NCBI GenBank assembly: GCA_951406725.2
Contig: OX597825.1
Location: 6,076,001-6,140,000 of the forward strand
Length of the DNA: 64,000 nucleotides
Direction: 5' to 3'
From: Octopus vulgaris
Taxonomy: Eukaryota
Shown here: positions 32,725 to 46,100 of the stretch, in pieces
Layout of the letters: the number at the start of each line of letters is the position of its first letter
How positions within the stretch are numbered: the stretch's first letter is position 1
The notes under the pieces: model-generated
Told to the model about the DNA's origin: nothing
Database searches by the model: none
What the model saw: the letters and a program-made list of their open reading frames with translations, nothing else
Made by a program: the position numbers and the translations under genes

Positions 32725-33992
32725 TTGGGTTGTCCGGAAAGTTCGTGCCGATTTATAGTAGCTTACCTTTCGACTTATTTTAGAACAAGTTTGAGTCCAT
32801 AAAATAGGATTTGACTACACCTCCATTTAGGGCACAGTTTAAGCTATCTTTTCGTGGAAGATGGTTTATGTTCCTATAAACTGTGTTAATTCTGTAACCC
32901 TTTAAAATGGAAGATAAGAAAGTTCATTTTCGGCATTTGATGCTTTTCTTTTTCCGTAAAGGGAAAAATGCCTCACAAGCAACCAAAGAAATATGCGCAG
33001 TTTACGGTGATGTTTCTTTATCCGGAAGAACTGTACGGAAGTGGTTTGCAAGGTTCCGAGCTGGAGATTGTAGCCTTATTGATAAAGAGCGATCAGGCAG
33101 ACCATCCACTACAGATGATGACCAAATCAAGTCATTAATTGAGAATAACCCACATTGCACAAACCGAGAATTGGCAGAAAGCCTCAACCTAACAAAATCC
33201 GTCGTTCATGAGCACCTGGTAAAGCTTGGGTACACAAATCACTATGATGTTTGGGTAGCACATGAGTTGAGTGAGAAGAACCTTTTGAATCACATTTCCA
33301 TCTGTGATTTGCTTTATAAATGGAATGAAACCACGCCTTTTTTTAATGCAAATTGTGACAGGTGATGAGAAATGAATTATCTACTAAAATGTTCAGAGAA
33401 AGCGATCCTGGAGTAAGCGACATGAACCGCCCTTAGCCACCCCAAAAGCGTGTCTTCATCCTAAAAATGTCTTGCTTTGTGTCTGGTGGGATTGGAAAGG
33501 AATTCTGTACTATGAGCTTCTCCCAAGTAACCAGACAATTAATTCTAAGAAATACTGCACACAATTGGACGAGTTAAAAGCAGCAATTCAAGAGAAACGT
33601 CCAGAATTGGCCAACAGGGTGTTGTTTTCCAACATGATAATGCAAGACCGCACGTTTCTTTGGGAACCAGACAAAATTTGCTGCAGCTCGGCTGGGATGT
33701 GTTATCCCACCCTCCATATTCACTTCGGATTTCCACTTATTCAGGTCTCTGCAGAATAGTCTTAATAGTAAAAATTTCAATTCCTTGGATGACGTAAAAA
33801 GATACCTTGATGAATTCTTTGCCATGAAACCACCTCAATTCTGGGAAGAGGGTATTTTCAAGTTAAAGGAAAGATGGATACGCATTGTGCAACAAAATGG
33901 TTCATATTTGGTTGATTAAAAATGTAATGGTAAGTATTTATTGACCTCTTCCTTTCCTTTAAAAATCGGCACGAACTTTCCAGACAACCCAA
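32725..33992 (+). mobile_element. Full-length Tc1/mariner element with a disrupted transposase
   Basis: 30-bp TIRs TTGGGTTGTCCGGAAAGTTCGTGCCGATTT (32725-32754) and 33963-33992, with TA on both sides. The ORF from 32907 (MEDKKVHFRHLMLFFFRKGKNA...WFARFRAGD...RSGRP...WVAHEL...TGDE...LLCVWWDWKGILYYELL...HDNARPH) is broken by frameshifts, stops and a deletion in the YSPDLAP motif. Confidence 0.95.
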
Positions 33993-34084
33993 TATTTTTT
34001 TAATCAATAGTACTCCCTATATAAATTTTCCTATGTCACATAGGGCTTACTGATCTAACTTCACATATATACTGAACTAACTTC

Positions 34085-34115
<31 letters not shown>

Positions 34116-34364
34116 ATCATCATCATCATCATCATTTAACGTCCGCCTTCCATGATGGCTGCACCAGTCTCCAATCTTGATCTGGCAGAGTTTCTACAGC
34201 TGGATGCCCTTCCTAACGCCAACCACTCCGAGAGTGTAGTGGGTGCTTTTTACGTGCCACCGGCACGGAAGGCAGTTGGCTGCTCTGGGAACGATCACGC
34301 TCAGATGGTGCTCTTGGCACCCTACTAGCACGGGCACAGGTGCCAGTGTGTGTGTGTGTATATG

Positions 34365-34408
<44 letters not shown>

Positions 34409-34492
34409 GGTCCCGGGTTGATTCGGGGTTAACCACAGTAAATAAGGTACTCAATACATAGCAGAGTAAAATTAATTTATTATATAGAAGGA

Positions 34493-34707
34493 GCTTCTAC
34501 AGGACTAGAACTGTTTCATTCAAGAGAAATATTCAGGAAGCTAGTTAACAAGAATTGTATTGGCATTTATACATTTAGGCAGGTTTAAAGGGGTGTTGGT
34601 GGGGGACTTTTTGGGGGTAGGCATAGCGCAAAATATCATACTTGGGGAGTGGTCAAGGAGTCAGTATTAAATTAGATAGAAGAATAAATAAAAAATAAAA
34701 AATAAAA

Positions 34708-34738
<31 letters not shown>

Positions 34739-35184
34739 GGGGGATAGAGTTTTAGGTAAATAAGGAGATTCTCACTTATACCTATGCACATATGTATACA
34801 TATATACACACGCATACAAACATATACATATACATACACACATACATACACACACATATATATATATACATATATATACACTTACACATACATATACATA
34901 TCTACACATACACATATATGTATACATACACACACTCACATGCATACACGTATACACACATGTATATATACACACACACGACAACACATACATATACACA
35001 CAGAAAAATATATATACACATACACACACATACTCACATACACGCATACACACACACACATGCACACCCAGCACACTAGTCCCTATATACACATATATAC
35101 ACATACACACATATATATATATATATATATATACACATACACACACATACACATACATACACACACATATATATATACACACAC

Positions 35185-35217
<33 letters not shown>

Positions 35218-35234
35218 CATACACATGTGTACCC

Positions 35235-35296
<62 letters not shown>

Positions 35297-35953
35297 ATAT
35301 ATATATGTGTGTGTATGTATGTGTATGTGTGTGTATGTATATATATATATATATATGTGTGTGTATGTGTATATATGTTATAGGACTAGTGTGCTGGGTG
35401 TGCATGTGTGTGTGTGTATGCGTGTATGTGAGTATGTGTGTGTATGTGTATATATATTTTTCTGTGTGTATATGTATGTGTTGTCGTGTGTGTGTATATA
35501 TACATGTGTTATACGTGTATGCATGTGAGTGTGTGTATGTATACATATATGTGTATGTGTAGATATGTATATGTATGTGTAAGTGTATATATATGTATAT
35601 ATATATATATGTGTGTATGTATGTGTGTATGTATATGTATATGTTTGTATGCATATATGTATACATATGTGCATAGGTATAAGTGAGAATTCCTTATTTA
35701 CCTAAAACTCTATCCCCTTTTTTTATATATATATATATTTTTTATTTTTTATATTTTTATTTATTCTTCTATCTAATTTAACACTGACTCCTTGACCACT
35801 CCCCCAAGTATGATATTTTGCGCTATGCCTACCCCCAAAGAGTCCCCCACCAACACCCCTTTAAACCTGCCTAAATGTATAAATGCCAATACAATTCTTG
35901 TTAACTAGCTTCCTGAATATTTCTTAATGAAACAGTTCTAGTCCTGTAGAAGC
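34493..35953. repeat. ~1.46-kb palindrome (arms ~34493-35210 and ~35290-35953) centred on (TA)n
   Basis: gcttctacaggactagaactgtttc... is mirrored by ...gaaacagttctagtcctgtagaagc. The internal marker cacccagcacactagtcc is mirrored by ggactagtgtgctgggtg. Confidence 0.9.
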
Positions 35954-35961
35954 CTGCATGT

Positions 35962-36215
35962 ATGTATGAGTGTCATATCTGTCGGGCATGTGGAAGAGAG
36001 TGTTCTTTGGCAGGAGGACTTAAACGACATGCAAAGGTACATGAAGCCCAGTTACAACTACAGCCGGCTATTACCAGTAAAGGTTTTAGTTGTCAATTTT
36101 GTACAAGACATTGTAGATCTTTAGCTGGGCTAAAAAGTCACATTCGATCACAGCACAAATAACAGCTGAGCTTCGTGCAATGGCCATACTCGATAACGAG
36201 GGGGCAGCCATAATG
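35962..36215 (+). mobile_element. RTE-LINE 3' end encoding terminal C2H2-like fingers
   Basis: CRACGRECSLAGGLKRHAKVH...CQFCTRHCRSLAGLKSHIRSQH* followed by a short 3' tail. It lacks TGEKP linkers and fits the CxxCxRxCxSxxGLxSHxR end of RTE ORFs. Confidence 0.6.
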
Positions 36216-36880
36216 TAATGTATGCGTATACACCCCACGGTCGCCAGCGCCTTTTTAGTTTTCATATTCATTTACTACATGTTGTTGTACATCTATTACA
36301 CTATTAAAAAATTGGGAGGGGGGTCTGTGGTGAGACGACTTGGAACATTCACGATGTGAATTTTCCGAGTCCTCTCCCCCGTCTCCGTTCACCAGCGCGC
36401 ATTTTTTTTGCTCATATTCGTTTAGAGTAAGTTGTTTTACACCTATTACACTAATTTTTTTTGGCGTAAATTCGGTATAGGTACCGGATACATTTCAAGA
36501 AAGTGTTTTTTTTTAATGTATATATGGGGGGGGGGTAAGGGTTTGTGTTAGGGTTAGGGGTGGGAGAAAAGGGTTTCTGTTATCTTCAGAAATGTAAACA
36601 AAGCCACTTCCGGTACTTATGGTACCTATACCGAAGGATCGCCATTTTTTTTTTTTTTTGTTTTTTTGCTCGGATTCAAAACCCTTTAGTTTGACCAAAT
36701 TTGTCTGTTATATATTCAAAGCGAACGGTAATAATTTTCCGAAATACTGTTCTGAATATGTTACAGTATTTTCGATGCATTTTGAAGTTATTTAACTGAT
36801 ATAATTTTTGTAAATATATTTTATAAAAAAAAAATGTATTTATTTTTTACTCAAAGTCAAAAGTTTAAAAATATTACACA

Positions 36881-37020
36881 TTCCGCCCCGCCCACCCTAA
36901 CTAACTTTGTAGTTCTGATTTTCCTGTTTGCATCACCAAACTTTTATGTATATAGATGTCTAGTATATATTTTAGTTCTCAAGTTTTTGATTCGAAATAC
37001 ACGCAGCATGGCGGCGAGTT
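36881..37020 (+). promoter_or_regulatory. Possible housekeeping-type promoter motifs
   Basis: GC box CCGCCCCGCCC (~36883), TTGTAGTTC (reverse of an ACTACA-type motif) and YY1-like CATGGCGGCG (~37007), in a repeat-poor stretch upstream of the candidate exon at 38501. Confidence 0.3.
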
Positions 37021-37428
37021 TTCGCTTTAGGCACATAATTGTGACAATGAAAATGATAGAAAATAAAGACGTACAAAAATAAACTTGGCTATTCTGAATT
37101 AGCGGAACGAATAACGCTTAAAAATAGGTTATTAAATATTACTAAAAACTTTTTTTTCATTAATCAACAACAAAATCTAGTTAAAATATAAAGAATATAC
37201 TGTAGAAAATAAAATATTTGTTATCAGAACAAAGGAAGCATGTAAAATTATTAACTAAGTGATAATTCATTCCGAAAAGAAAACAAAATATTTGAAACTA
37301 TGAATGGAATTTTGTGTGTTTAACGACTTATGTCCCTAATTTTTAATCTTGCATTATATTGTCTTTAAAGCGTAAGATAATAAGTAGATTATTTTTGTTT
37401 GATCGTGGGAACATATACATATATATAT

Positions 37429-37478
<50 letters not shown>

Positions 37479-38029
37479 AAATTTTTAATTGCATTTTCCA
37501 CATTTTTTAGTTTTTCCTTAAAAGGGAGATAACCAAAAGATTAACTAAAAAAAACGGTGTTGTTTCGATTGTTGGTGATGATGAAAAATAGTCCAGGTTC
37601 CGTTATCCGTTTCTGCGGCATTTCTCAATTTATGCACGAACTTTAAATTAATATAATAATCAAAAAATTACAATAGCAATATTCTGAAGATCATTTTATT
37701 AAAATTTTCTCGGTTTTGATACAGAATTACCAAGAATTTCTAGAACGGAAGGATGTAATTGTGAAATAAAGCACCCTGTCCATGTAACAATTACGCTAGA
37801 CAGAGTATATGTTGGTTTGTTGTTAATTAACGATCAGACAAATAAAGAATTAACTAATTAATTTTGTGATAAATATAAACACACACACATGTATATATTT
37901 GTGTGTGTATTTATTTATTTAACGTAAGCGTGCGATTGTAGGATCAGAGGATAGAACAGCAGCAAATGGACCAACCGCAATTTTTTCTCCTCCTCAAACA
38001 CATGTGAACAGAAATTGGGCGCGCTCCAT

Positions 38030-38357
38030 CCTCTCACTCACTCACTCCCTCACTCCCTTACTTACTCACTCACTCACTCCCTTACTTACTTACTCACTCA
38101 CTCCTTACTTACTCACTTACTCACTCCTTCACTCCCTTACTTACTTACTCACTCACTCACTCCTTCAATCTCTCACTCACTCACTCACTCGCTTACTTAC
38201 TCCCTCACTCCCTTACTCACTCTCTCCCTTACTTACTTACTCCTTCACTCACTCACCCTCTCTCTCTCTGTCTATCAATCTATCTATCTCTCTCTCTCTT
38301 CCTCTCTTGTTCGCCAAGGAGGAATCCCGCACGTTGTCCTCTCTCTTTCTGTCTCCT

Positions 38358-38390
<33 letters not shown>
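38030..38390. repeat. Compound (CTCA/CTTA/CTCC)n and (CT)n simple repeat
   Basis: Directly visible; the source of the LTHSLT pseudo-ORFs. Confidence 0.9.
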
Positions 38391-38500
38391 ATTGTCTCAT
38401 ATTATACATAATCACTCTCTGCCGCTCTTCTCGCACGTTCGTCTTGTTCTTTGTTTCCATATTCCTTCTTCTTTGACACTAAAATCACAATTTATACAAA

Positions 38501-38590
38501 ATGACAATGAAACGAGGCAAAGGACAAAATAAAAAAAAATCACAAGAAAAATCTTCTCCGCAAAAAACCAACGAAATGACTGCAGCTCTG
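38501..38590 (+). CDS. Candidate first coding exon of the DZF gene (MTMKRGKGQNKKKSQEKSSPQKTNEMTAAL)
   Basis: ATG in an AAAATG context, a basic NLS-like 30-codon stretch, and a phase-0 donor CTG|GTAAAG that is compatible with the phase-0 acceptor at 54098. The linkage is inferred only. Confidence 0.4.
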
Positions 38591-38642
38591 GTAAAGACTT
38601 TCGCCTTTCCTTTATATACATCTCTCTTTAATCGCGCGCGTG

Positions 38643-38681
<39 letters not shown>

Positions 38682-40811
38682 GTGTGTGTGTATATAGCCA
38701 CGCGTGTGTATACTGTAGATTATTAGCTCCGAGGAAATCAATATTGATTGTAACAAATTTGTGTGTATATGTGTATATATGTATGTATATATATATGTGT
38801 GTGTAGATATATATATGTGTGTGTGTGTAGATAGATGTATATATATGTGTGTGTGTGTATATATATATGTGTGTGTGTGTAGATATATATATATATGTGT
38901 GTGTGTAGATATATATATATGTGTGTGTAGATATATATATATGTGTGTGTAGATATATATGTATATATATATGTGATGTTTAAAGATATATATATTTAGC
39001 ATGTTTATTGAGTTATTATTCTTATATGTATTTATGTATCAACGTGCTCTTGGTTTATTGATCTATATTCGTTATATTTATATATTAATACGCATATATA
39101 TATATATATATATACTTATATATACACACACATGTATGTGTTTGTATCTATGTATGTATAAAATGTATCGTTTCCCGTCGTCCGATTTCCATGCTGGTAA
39201 GGTTTGGACGGATCGTCTCTCCTCTTCCAGACAAACGACCCTGACTCGTCCGTAAGTTTCACTTTTTCATTTGGTTTTCCACCCCTGGGTGTATACACCT
39301 CTCACCACTCAACACCCTGCAGTGTTCTTAAGCACATTTTATCATAAGTAACACCGTAAAAGACTCCCGATTGCCTCGTATAGATTAAAAATTCCTCTCG
39401 GCTCCATTCATACAAGGGTACTGGGTGCATTTGCCGAGGCACTCGTGCCAGGGAAGATTACAATGTCCTTGACGTTCCCTTCCAAGTCTACGGTTATATT
39501 CTCTCTCATCGGCCACTTTACAGACTCTTGGATGGAATTATACTGTTACCAACACATATGGTGTTGGCCTGTACGCCATAAATTTTTGAAATGCTTACCA
39601 GTCTATGTCTGCTTCAACTAAGCATAGGTAGGAGAGTGGAACAAAAGGTACGATGGAAATATTTGTAATTAGGGTGAGATGGCGGTAGAAGCAAGAGAAA
39701 GAGTGACGGATAGTAAAAAGTAGATAATTTGGAGAGAGAGAGAGAGAGAGAGAGTGATTGATGGATGTTACCATGTTGGAAGTAGTATAGAAAGCGTAAT
39801 GGTAGATGGTATGTGATATATGTAGAACTGAGGAAGTGTCCCTTATGCATAGGTTTCGAGATGAGAAATAAAGAACTCGGGTGATTAGGATGAGAAAGGG
39901 AGAGTTCGAGTGTTGGAGAGTGTCAAATAGGTCCGGTGGCATCTCTAATTACATTGGACTCGTGGTTCAATAAGTACGAGAGATCTGTCATCCTTCGTCA
40001 CACCGACAACATTTTCACTTAGTTCTGTCATCTGAGAGCAGCCATGCTGGGACAAATCTTTGAGAGGAGGGGTTTTTTTTTTTCTTTTTTTCCTAGATCA
40101 ATCCCATTTTTTATAAGGGTCTCTTTTCGTTGATCTGCTGTGTTTATTGGTGAGGGATGTAAACAAAAGTACACTGGTTAAGTTCTGGGAGACGAATAAA
40201 ATAATACACACACACGATGGACTCTGCTACAGTTTCTGTCCATCAGATTCATTCACTATGCTTTGGTCAGCCATGTGGTAAGAAGTCTGTTTCCCTACCA
40301 TGTGGTTTCGGGTTCGGTCCTACTCCATAGCACCTTGGATAAATGTCTTTAATAGCTCTGGGCCAACCAAAGCGTTATGAGTGGATTTGGGAGATGGAAA
40401 CTGAAAGAAACCTTTCTGTGTGCACCAAGATAGCTAGAGTGTGTGCCGCCCCTTGGACCCCACAAAAAACACATTGCCTATAGCAGACCCAAGTATGCCT
40501 CCCTATTTCCCCCCCACACACAAGCTAGCTAATACCTGTGTGTGTGTTTTAATTTATCTTGTTTCAGTTATTAGACTGTGGGCATGTTAGGGCACACCTC
40601 TTGGAATCGACCCCAGTAATTATTGTTTTTCATTGTTTCTTTTTTGTTTGGGCGTTTTTCTTTTTTTAGCCTGGTACTTATTCAGTTGGTTTCTTTTGCC
40701 GAACTGCTAAGTTATGGGAACGTAAACAAACCAACACCAGTGGTCAAGCAGTGACAGGGAACAAACCCCTACACACAGACACACAGATATATACACATGT
40801 ATATCTATGTA

Positions 40812-41266
40812 TCTCTATATATATAAATGGCAAAATGTGTGTGTGTGTGTGTCTCGTTTAGATTAAAAATTCCTCTCGGCTCCATTCATACGAGGGTACT
40901 GGGTGCATTTACCGAGGCACCAGTACTAGGGAAGTGTGTGCATGTTCTTTATACAAATCCACAATTTTTCAGTTAGAGGGCTCGCACTTTCTACGGTCAT
41001 TCTAAACTGTCCAAGGGTGGTCGTGCACATCTTTACATTTCCCCAGTCACCCAGCAAAGCCATTAAAAAATCAATAGAAGTGACTTTTTTGTGAATTTTC
41101 TATCCAAAACCCAATCAAAATGCCCGAAACTTGATATGCCAATTGAATGCTAGCTAGCTATATGTGATTGGTCGGAGATTTGGACAGTACTCGCGTGTAT
41201 GTGCGCACGCAGCTGTATATGCATGCACTAGCACTATGACCCTGCGTTGCCGGGTCATAGTGCTAG
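40812..41266 (+). mobile_element. Non-autonomous Helitron-like element (a different family)
   Basis: A|TCTCTATATATATAAA start; end GACCCTGCGTTGCCGGGTC hairpin followed by ATAGTGCTAG|T. Confidence 0.6.
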
Positions 41267-42249
41267 TAGATATATACACATGTATATCTATGTATGTATT
41301 TATACAACAGGCGTTTTTCAACAAATTATTGTTGTATTCCACACAGACGGTACCCAAACCCAATCTGAACATTTACGAGGCTGACTGGAAGTCAACTGAA
41401 AAACATACTTCTGCAAAATGGCATAAAAGTCTCTCTGTGCAAACCATTGATATAAAACTTAATTCATGTCTAAAATGCGAGCCCTATGCATTAAATTTGT
41501 CCCAGAGAAGAGAGTCACTGCATCCGAAAACAACATTCCCCTGAGACGGAGAATAAGAGCTCCAATGGCTTGAATTAATAACAGCGAGAAATCCCCCCTC
41601 AAGGAGGCTTTTTGAAGATTGAAAATGAACTCAGTCAGGCTCTCCAGGAAAAGGAAAGGATAGAAAGAGAAACCAGGGCAGTGGGCAATATGGAAACGAA
41701 TCTTAAGGGCTCCTACAAGTTTGTGAAAGAATCTGCCGTTGTGTGAAGAAGACGGCTTGCTAACTGCAGACTCCAAGAGGATAAGTGGAGGACTAAATAA
41801 ACAGTTGCAAAGTGTCTTCACCTCTCCACTGGGAAATAGGCAAATAAGCAAGCCTGGTGAGTCTTCATCATCGTTTAACATCCGTTTTCCATGCTAGCAC
41901 AGGTTGGACGGTTCGACCATGGTCTGGGAAGCCAGAAGGCTGCACCAGGCTCCAGTCTGATCTGGCAGTGTTTCTACAGCGGGATGCCCTTCCTAACGCC
42001 AACCACTCCGTGAGTGTAGTGGGTGCTTTTTACATGCCACTGGCACAGGTGCCAGGGGAGGCTGGCAGTGGCCATGATCGGTTGGTGCTTTTTATGTGCC
42101 ACTGGCACAGGTATCACAACTATGATTTCCATTTAATATTTATTTTGATGTTGATGTACTTGACTGAATCTACCTGGGAAAAGGGCAATCATAAACACTC
42201 AGCATGGTATCCGTCTGGGGAGGAACTGCCCCTCATAGCTTCTACAGCA

Positions 42250-43500
42250 TTATGACTGAGTACTGAAATAACAGCTCAACCACACAAATATGGATGTGAT
42301 GTATCTTGATTTTGCCAAGGCTTTTGGTAAAATTGATCATGGGATGATGCGTCGCAAACTCTGTGACCTTGGTAACACTGGAAAACTAGGAGTTGCTGCA
42401 TGACTTTTGAAAAGGCAGAAGTCAGACAGGTGCAAATAATGGTGCTCTGTTTGGGGTGACATCAATTTGCAGTGGAATCCCTCAAGAAATTGTAATGGGA
42501 CTACTGCTGTTAGTGGTGGCTCTCTCAGATTATACAGTCAACCATTCCTGCTATCTATACTAATGATACAAAAGTGGATGGAAGCACTCCGTCGGTTACG
42601 ACGACGAGGTTCCGGTTGATCCAAATCAACGGAACAGCCTGCTCGTGAAATTAACGTGTAAGTGGCTGAGCACTCCACAGATACGTGTACCCTTAACGTA
42701 GTTCTCGGGGATATTCAGCGTGACACAGTGAGTGACAAGGCCGGCCCTTTGAAATACAGGTACAACAGAAACGGGAAGTAAGAGTGAGAGAAAGTTGTGG
42801 TGAAAGAGTACAGCAGGGATCACCACCATCCCCTGCCCAAGCCTCGTGGAACTTTAAGTGTTTTCGCTCAATAAACACTCACAACGCCCGGTCTGGGAAT
42901 CGAAACCGCAATCCTATGACCGCGAGTCTGCTGCCCTAACCACTGGGCCATTGCGCCTCCGATACAAAAGTATCGCAGGAGTCAAGGACTTTGATGACAT
43001 ACTAAAACTGCCAAATGACATGAATGCAGTATTCAAATGGGCTGATGGAAATAACATGCAGCTCAATGCTGAGAAGTTTCAAGTGCTCAGCTGTTGACCC
43101 ACAAATAGTCTACAATTGAAATACACAGGATCATGGGGGAAGTGCTATGAGTAATAGTGCAACATTCCATGTGCATTTTAGCAAGATGGCAGCAGTGTGC
43201 AGGTGAGTAGCTGGATGGATTCTGAGATCATTCAGAACCAAGAAAAAGGATGCTTTGCTATTCCTATGGAGAACTTTCATTCTCAGTTGTCTGGGTTACT
43301 GCTCCCAACAGTGGTCACCACAGAGCATGAAACTGGTGGTGGCACTTGAGGCACTCCAGTGCCACTGCACAAGAAGATTGATTTGGTGAAACAGATGAGC
43401 TCCTGGAAGAGGCTAAAGGGACTGAAACTCTACTCCCTAGAGAGAAGGCTTGAAAGATGTACAGTGATATACATGTGGAAGGACTAGCTCCTAACTTTGG
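42250..43500 (+). mobile_element. Decayed CR1/L2-group LINE reverse transcriptase fragment
   Basis: DVMYLDFAKAFGKIDH, SGIPQEIVMGLLL, YTNDTK (a YADDTK derivative) and WADGNNMQLNAEKFQVL; interrupted by a SINE. Confidence 0.8.
42576..42960 (-). mobile_element. Full-length tRNA-derived SINE with an 11-bp target-site duplication
   Basis: Head GGAGGCGCAATGGCCCAGTGGTTAGGG...GGTTTCGATTCCC (A/B boxes). TSD GATACAAAAGT at 42565-42575 and 42961-42971. Same family at ~3076, 9890, 10800(-), 18974, 27781 and 28772(-). Confidence 0.9.
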
Positions 43501-45622
43501 AATTGAAAGCTATACCTATTTCTATTTCTTTACCACCCACAAGGGGCTAAACACAGAGGGGACAAACAAGGACAGACAAACGGATTAAGTCGATTACATC
43601 AACACCAGTGCGTAACTGGTACTTAATTTATCGACCCCGAAAGGATGAAAGTCAAAGTCGACCTCAGCGGAATTTGAACTCAGTATGTAACAGCAGACGA
43701 AATATGGCTATGCATTTCGCCCGGCGTGCTAACGGTTCTGCCGGCTCGCTGCTATACCAACCACTGAACTGGATGGCACAGCAGAGTGCCAAAGATCCTA
43801 TGTTCCCCATCTAGAACAGTGATTCTCAACCAGGGTCCATTTGGGCCCTGAGGCTCTACACAACTAAATAGTAAATTGGTGATCCTCAATAGTATTTTAA
43901 GAGCCCCATGAAAAAATGTTGCCTTAGATGTACATAATTGGGATGTATTGCAAGAAACAGCTGGGTTTCTTTCTCTGACATTTTACGTAGTTCAAACTTC
44001 ACAAGTTAATGTGTGAAAAAAAAAAAAGGAATTTTGAAAGAAGTTTCTAGAAAACCAGTTTTTAAACATCAAATGGTGATGGGGGTCCACCAGAATAAAA
44101 TTGTAATCAAAGGGAGGTTCATAGATGAAAAATGGTTGAGAACCCCTGATCTAAAATAAGGACCCAGTACTTTAACAACTTGGGTTGCGAGGGTCCACAA
44201 CTGTTCAACATTCTGCTGAACAACCTCAGAGATTTGTGAGGTGTAGATGTGGTGGACCTTCACAAAGAGCATCTGGAGAAATTTTTATCTGAAATAGCAG
44301 CCGGACCCACATTGCGACAGCAGGCACAAAGAAGAATAGCTTTGACCAATTCACTACTTCATCAAAAACAGTACAGAAAAAAAACCCCAGGCATGCTGAA
44401 AGGCAGTGCTCCAGCATGGCCTCAGCCTCTGGCTGACACTAGTGAAAGATAAAAGAATTATATTTTCGGTCAGGAGAGGTGAATATATTTATTTAACCAC
44501 TTGGTATTTCTAGGGTTACAGTCCAATATAACCATGATGTTCCGGTGATCTGAAGAGCTAGCCTTCTATATCTGCATTGATTTGTAAATGCATAGCATGT
44601 ATATTGGTGCAGGTATGTAAAATAATTTTATTATATACTGGTGGGGCTCCAAAAGGGATCTCAGGGAGTAGTATCCCTGCCTTCCTGAGCTAGTTTTCCA
44701 CCAGATATCTTAAAACTCATGGTAGAGGCCTTGGTTTCAGGACCACTCATGTCTAGAAACTTAAGTTGTGGGTAAGCAAGGGCATGCTCCCCTTAGAAAA
44801 TCTAGCTCCAAGAAAAGCCACATGATAGCAAAGGAGAATGGGTACCAAAGGTTGGGGTGGGCTGCTCCTGCCTACCTCAGTTGCTATGGCATGAGGTAGA
44901 TCCAGCCACCCCTGTTAATGGAGACAAAACCCGGATTTAAAACACTGGATGATGATGATGATGATGAAATTATTATTGCATGATGAAGGCTGCAAAACAC
45001 CTTTAATCCTCCAGATGTCAAGTACTTAAATAAATATATTCATTATGCAGTCCTATATTTAAGAGATGAGGAATTATTTACATTTGACGGATATTTGTCC
45101 TCATCTTGTTTGTTGTTAACACAACATTTCGGCTGATATACCCTCCAGCCTTTATCAGGTGTCTTGGGGAAATTTCAAACCTGGGTTCTCATTCCTAAGG
45201 TATTTTTATTATGTTACTATTATTATTCGAGTCACTGCTTGGAATCGAACTCGGAATCTTAGGGTTAGTAGCCCGCACTCTTAACCACTACGCCATATGC
45301 CCATGGGCATATGGCATAGTGGTTAACAAGATGAGGACAAATATATGTGTGTGTGTGTGTCTGTGTTTGTCCCCCCAACATCGCTTGACAACCAATGCTG
45401 GTGTGTTTACGTCCCTGTAACTTAGTGGTTTGGCAAAAGTGACTGATAGAATAAGTGCTAGGCTTACAAAAAAATGGGTTGATTTCTTTGACTAAAGGCG
45501 GTGCTCCAGCATGGCCGCAGTCAAATGACGGAACCAAGTAAAAGAGTAAGAGTAAATGAATTTAAATCTGGAAGAATTTTCCTCACAACCATCATTGTGT
45601 GTGTACATATGTATATATATAC

Positions 45623-46100
45623 GAGGGTGAGTCAAAAAGTAATGCCATTTTGTTTAGGACAGGTATAATTACCAACACATACATCAAAATGTATCATACA
45701 TCAAAATGAAGCTGGTCCTCCATGGAACACGTCCCTACTTCTCAACATAGTCACCATTTCTCTCAATAGCAACGTTCCACCTTCGAATGAGAGCATGTAT
45801 CCCTGCCCCGTAAAATTCTGTTGACTGTTCTTTGAGCCACTTCTTCACTACAGTTTTTCACTTCCTCCTCACTGGAATAATGTTTGCCTCTCAAACCCTC
45901 TTTCATGGCACCAAAGAGATGATAGTCTGAAGGCGCTAAATCTATTGAGTGTGGAAATTATGAAGAAGTGGCTCAAAGAACAGTCAACAGTATTTTACAA
46001 GGCAGGGATACATGCTCTCATTTGAAGGTGGAACATTGCTATTGAGAGAAACGGTGACTATGTTGAGAAGTAGGGATGTGATCCACAGAGGACCAGCTTC
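45623..46100. mobile_element. Mariner-derived remnant with an internal inverted duplication
   Basis: Starts TA-CGAGGGTGAGTCAAAAAGT (TIR-like). 45707-45860 is inverted relative to 45950-46102. Confidence 0.55.

Noticed and set aside
35962-36162. Stand-alone C2H2 zinc-finger gene, or the missing ZFR zinc fingers
   Set aside because: No TGEKP linkers, the spacing does not match ZFR's long dsRNA-binding fingers, and it ends in a stop followed by a retroelement-like tail. Best explained as an RTE LINE C-terminus.
38004-38476. LTHSLT-repeat proteins
   Set aside because: Translations of a tetranucleotide simple repeat.
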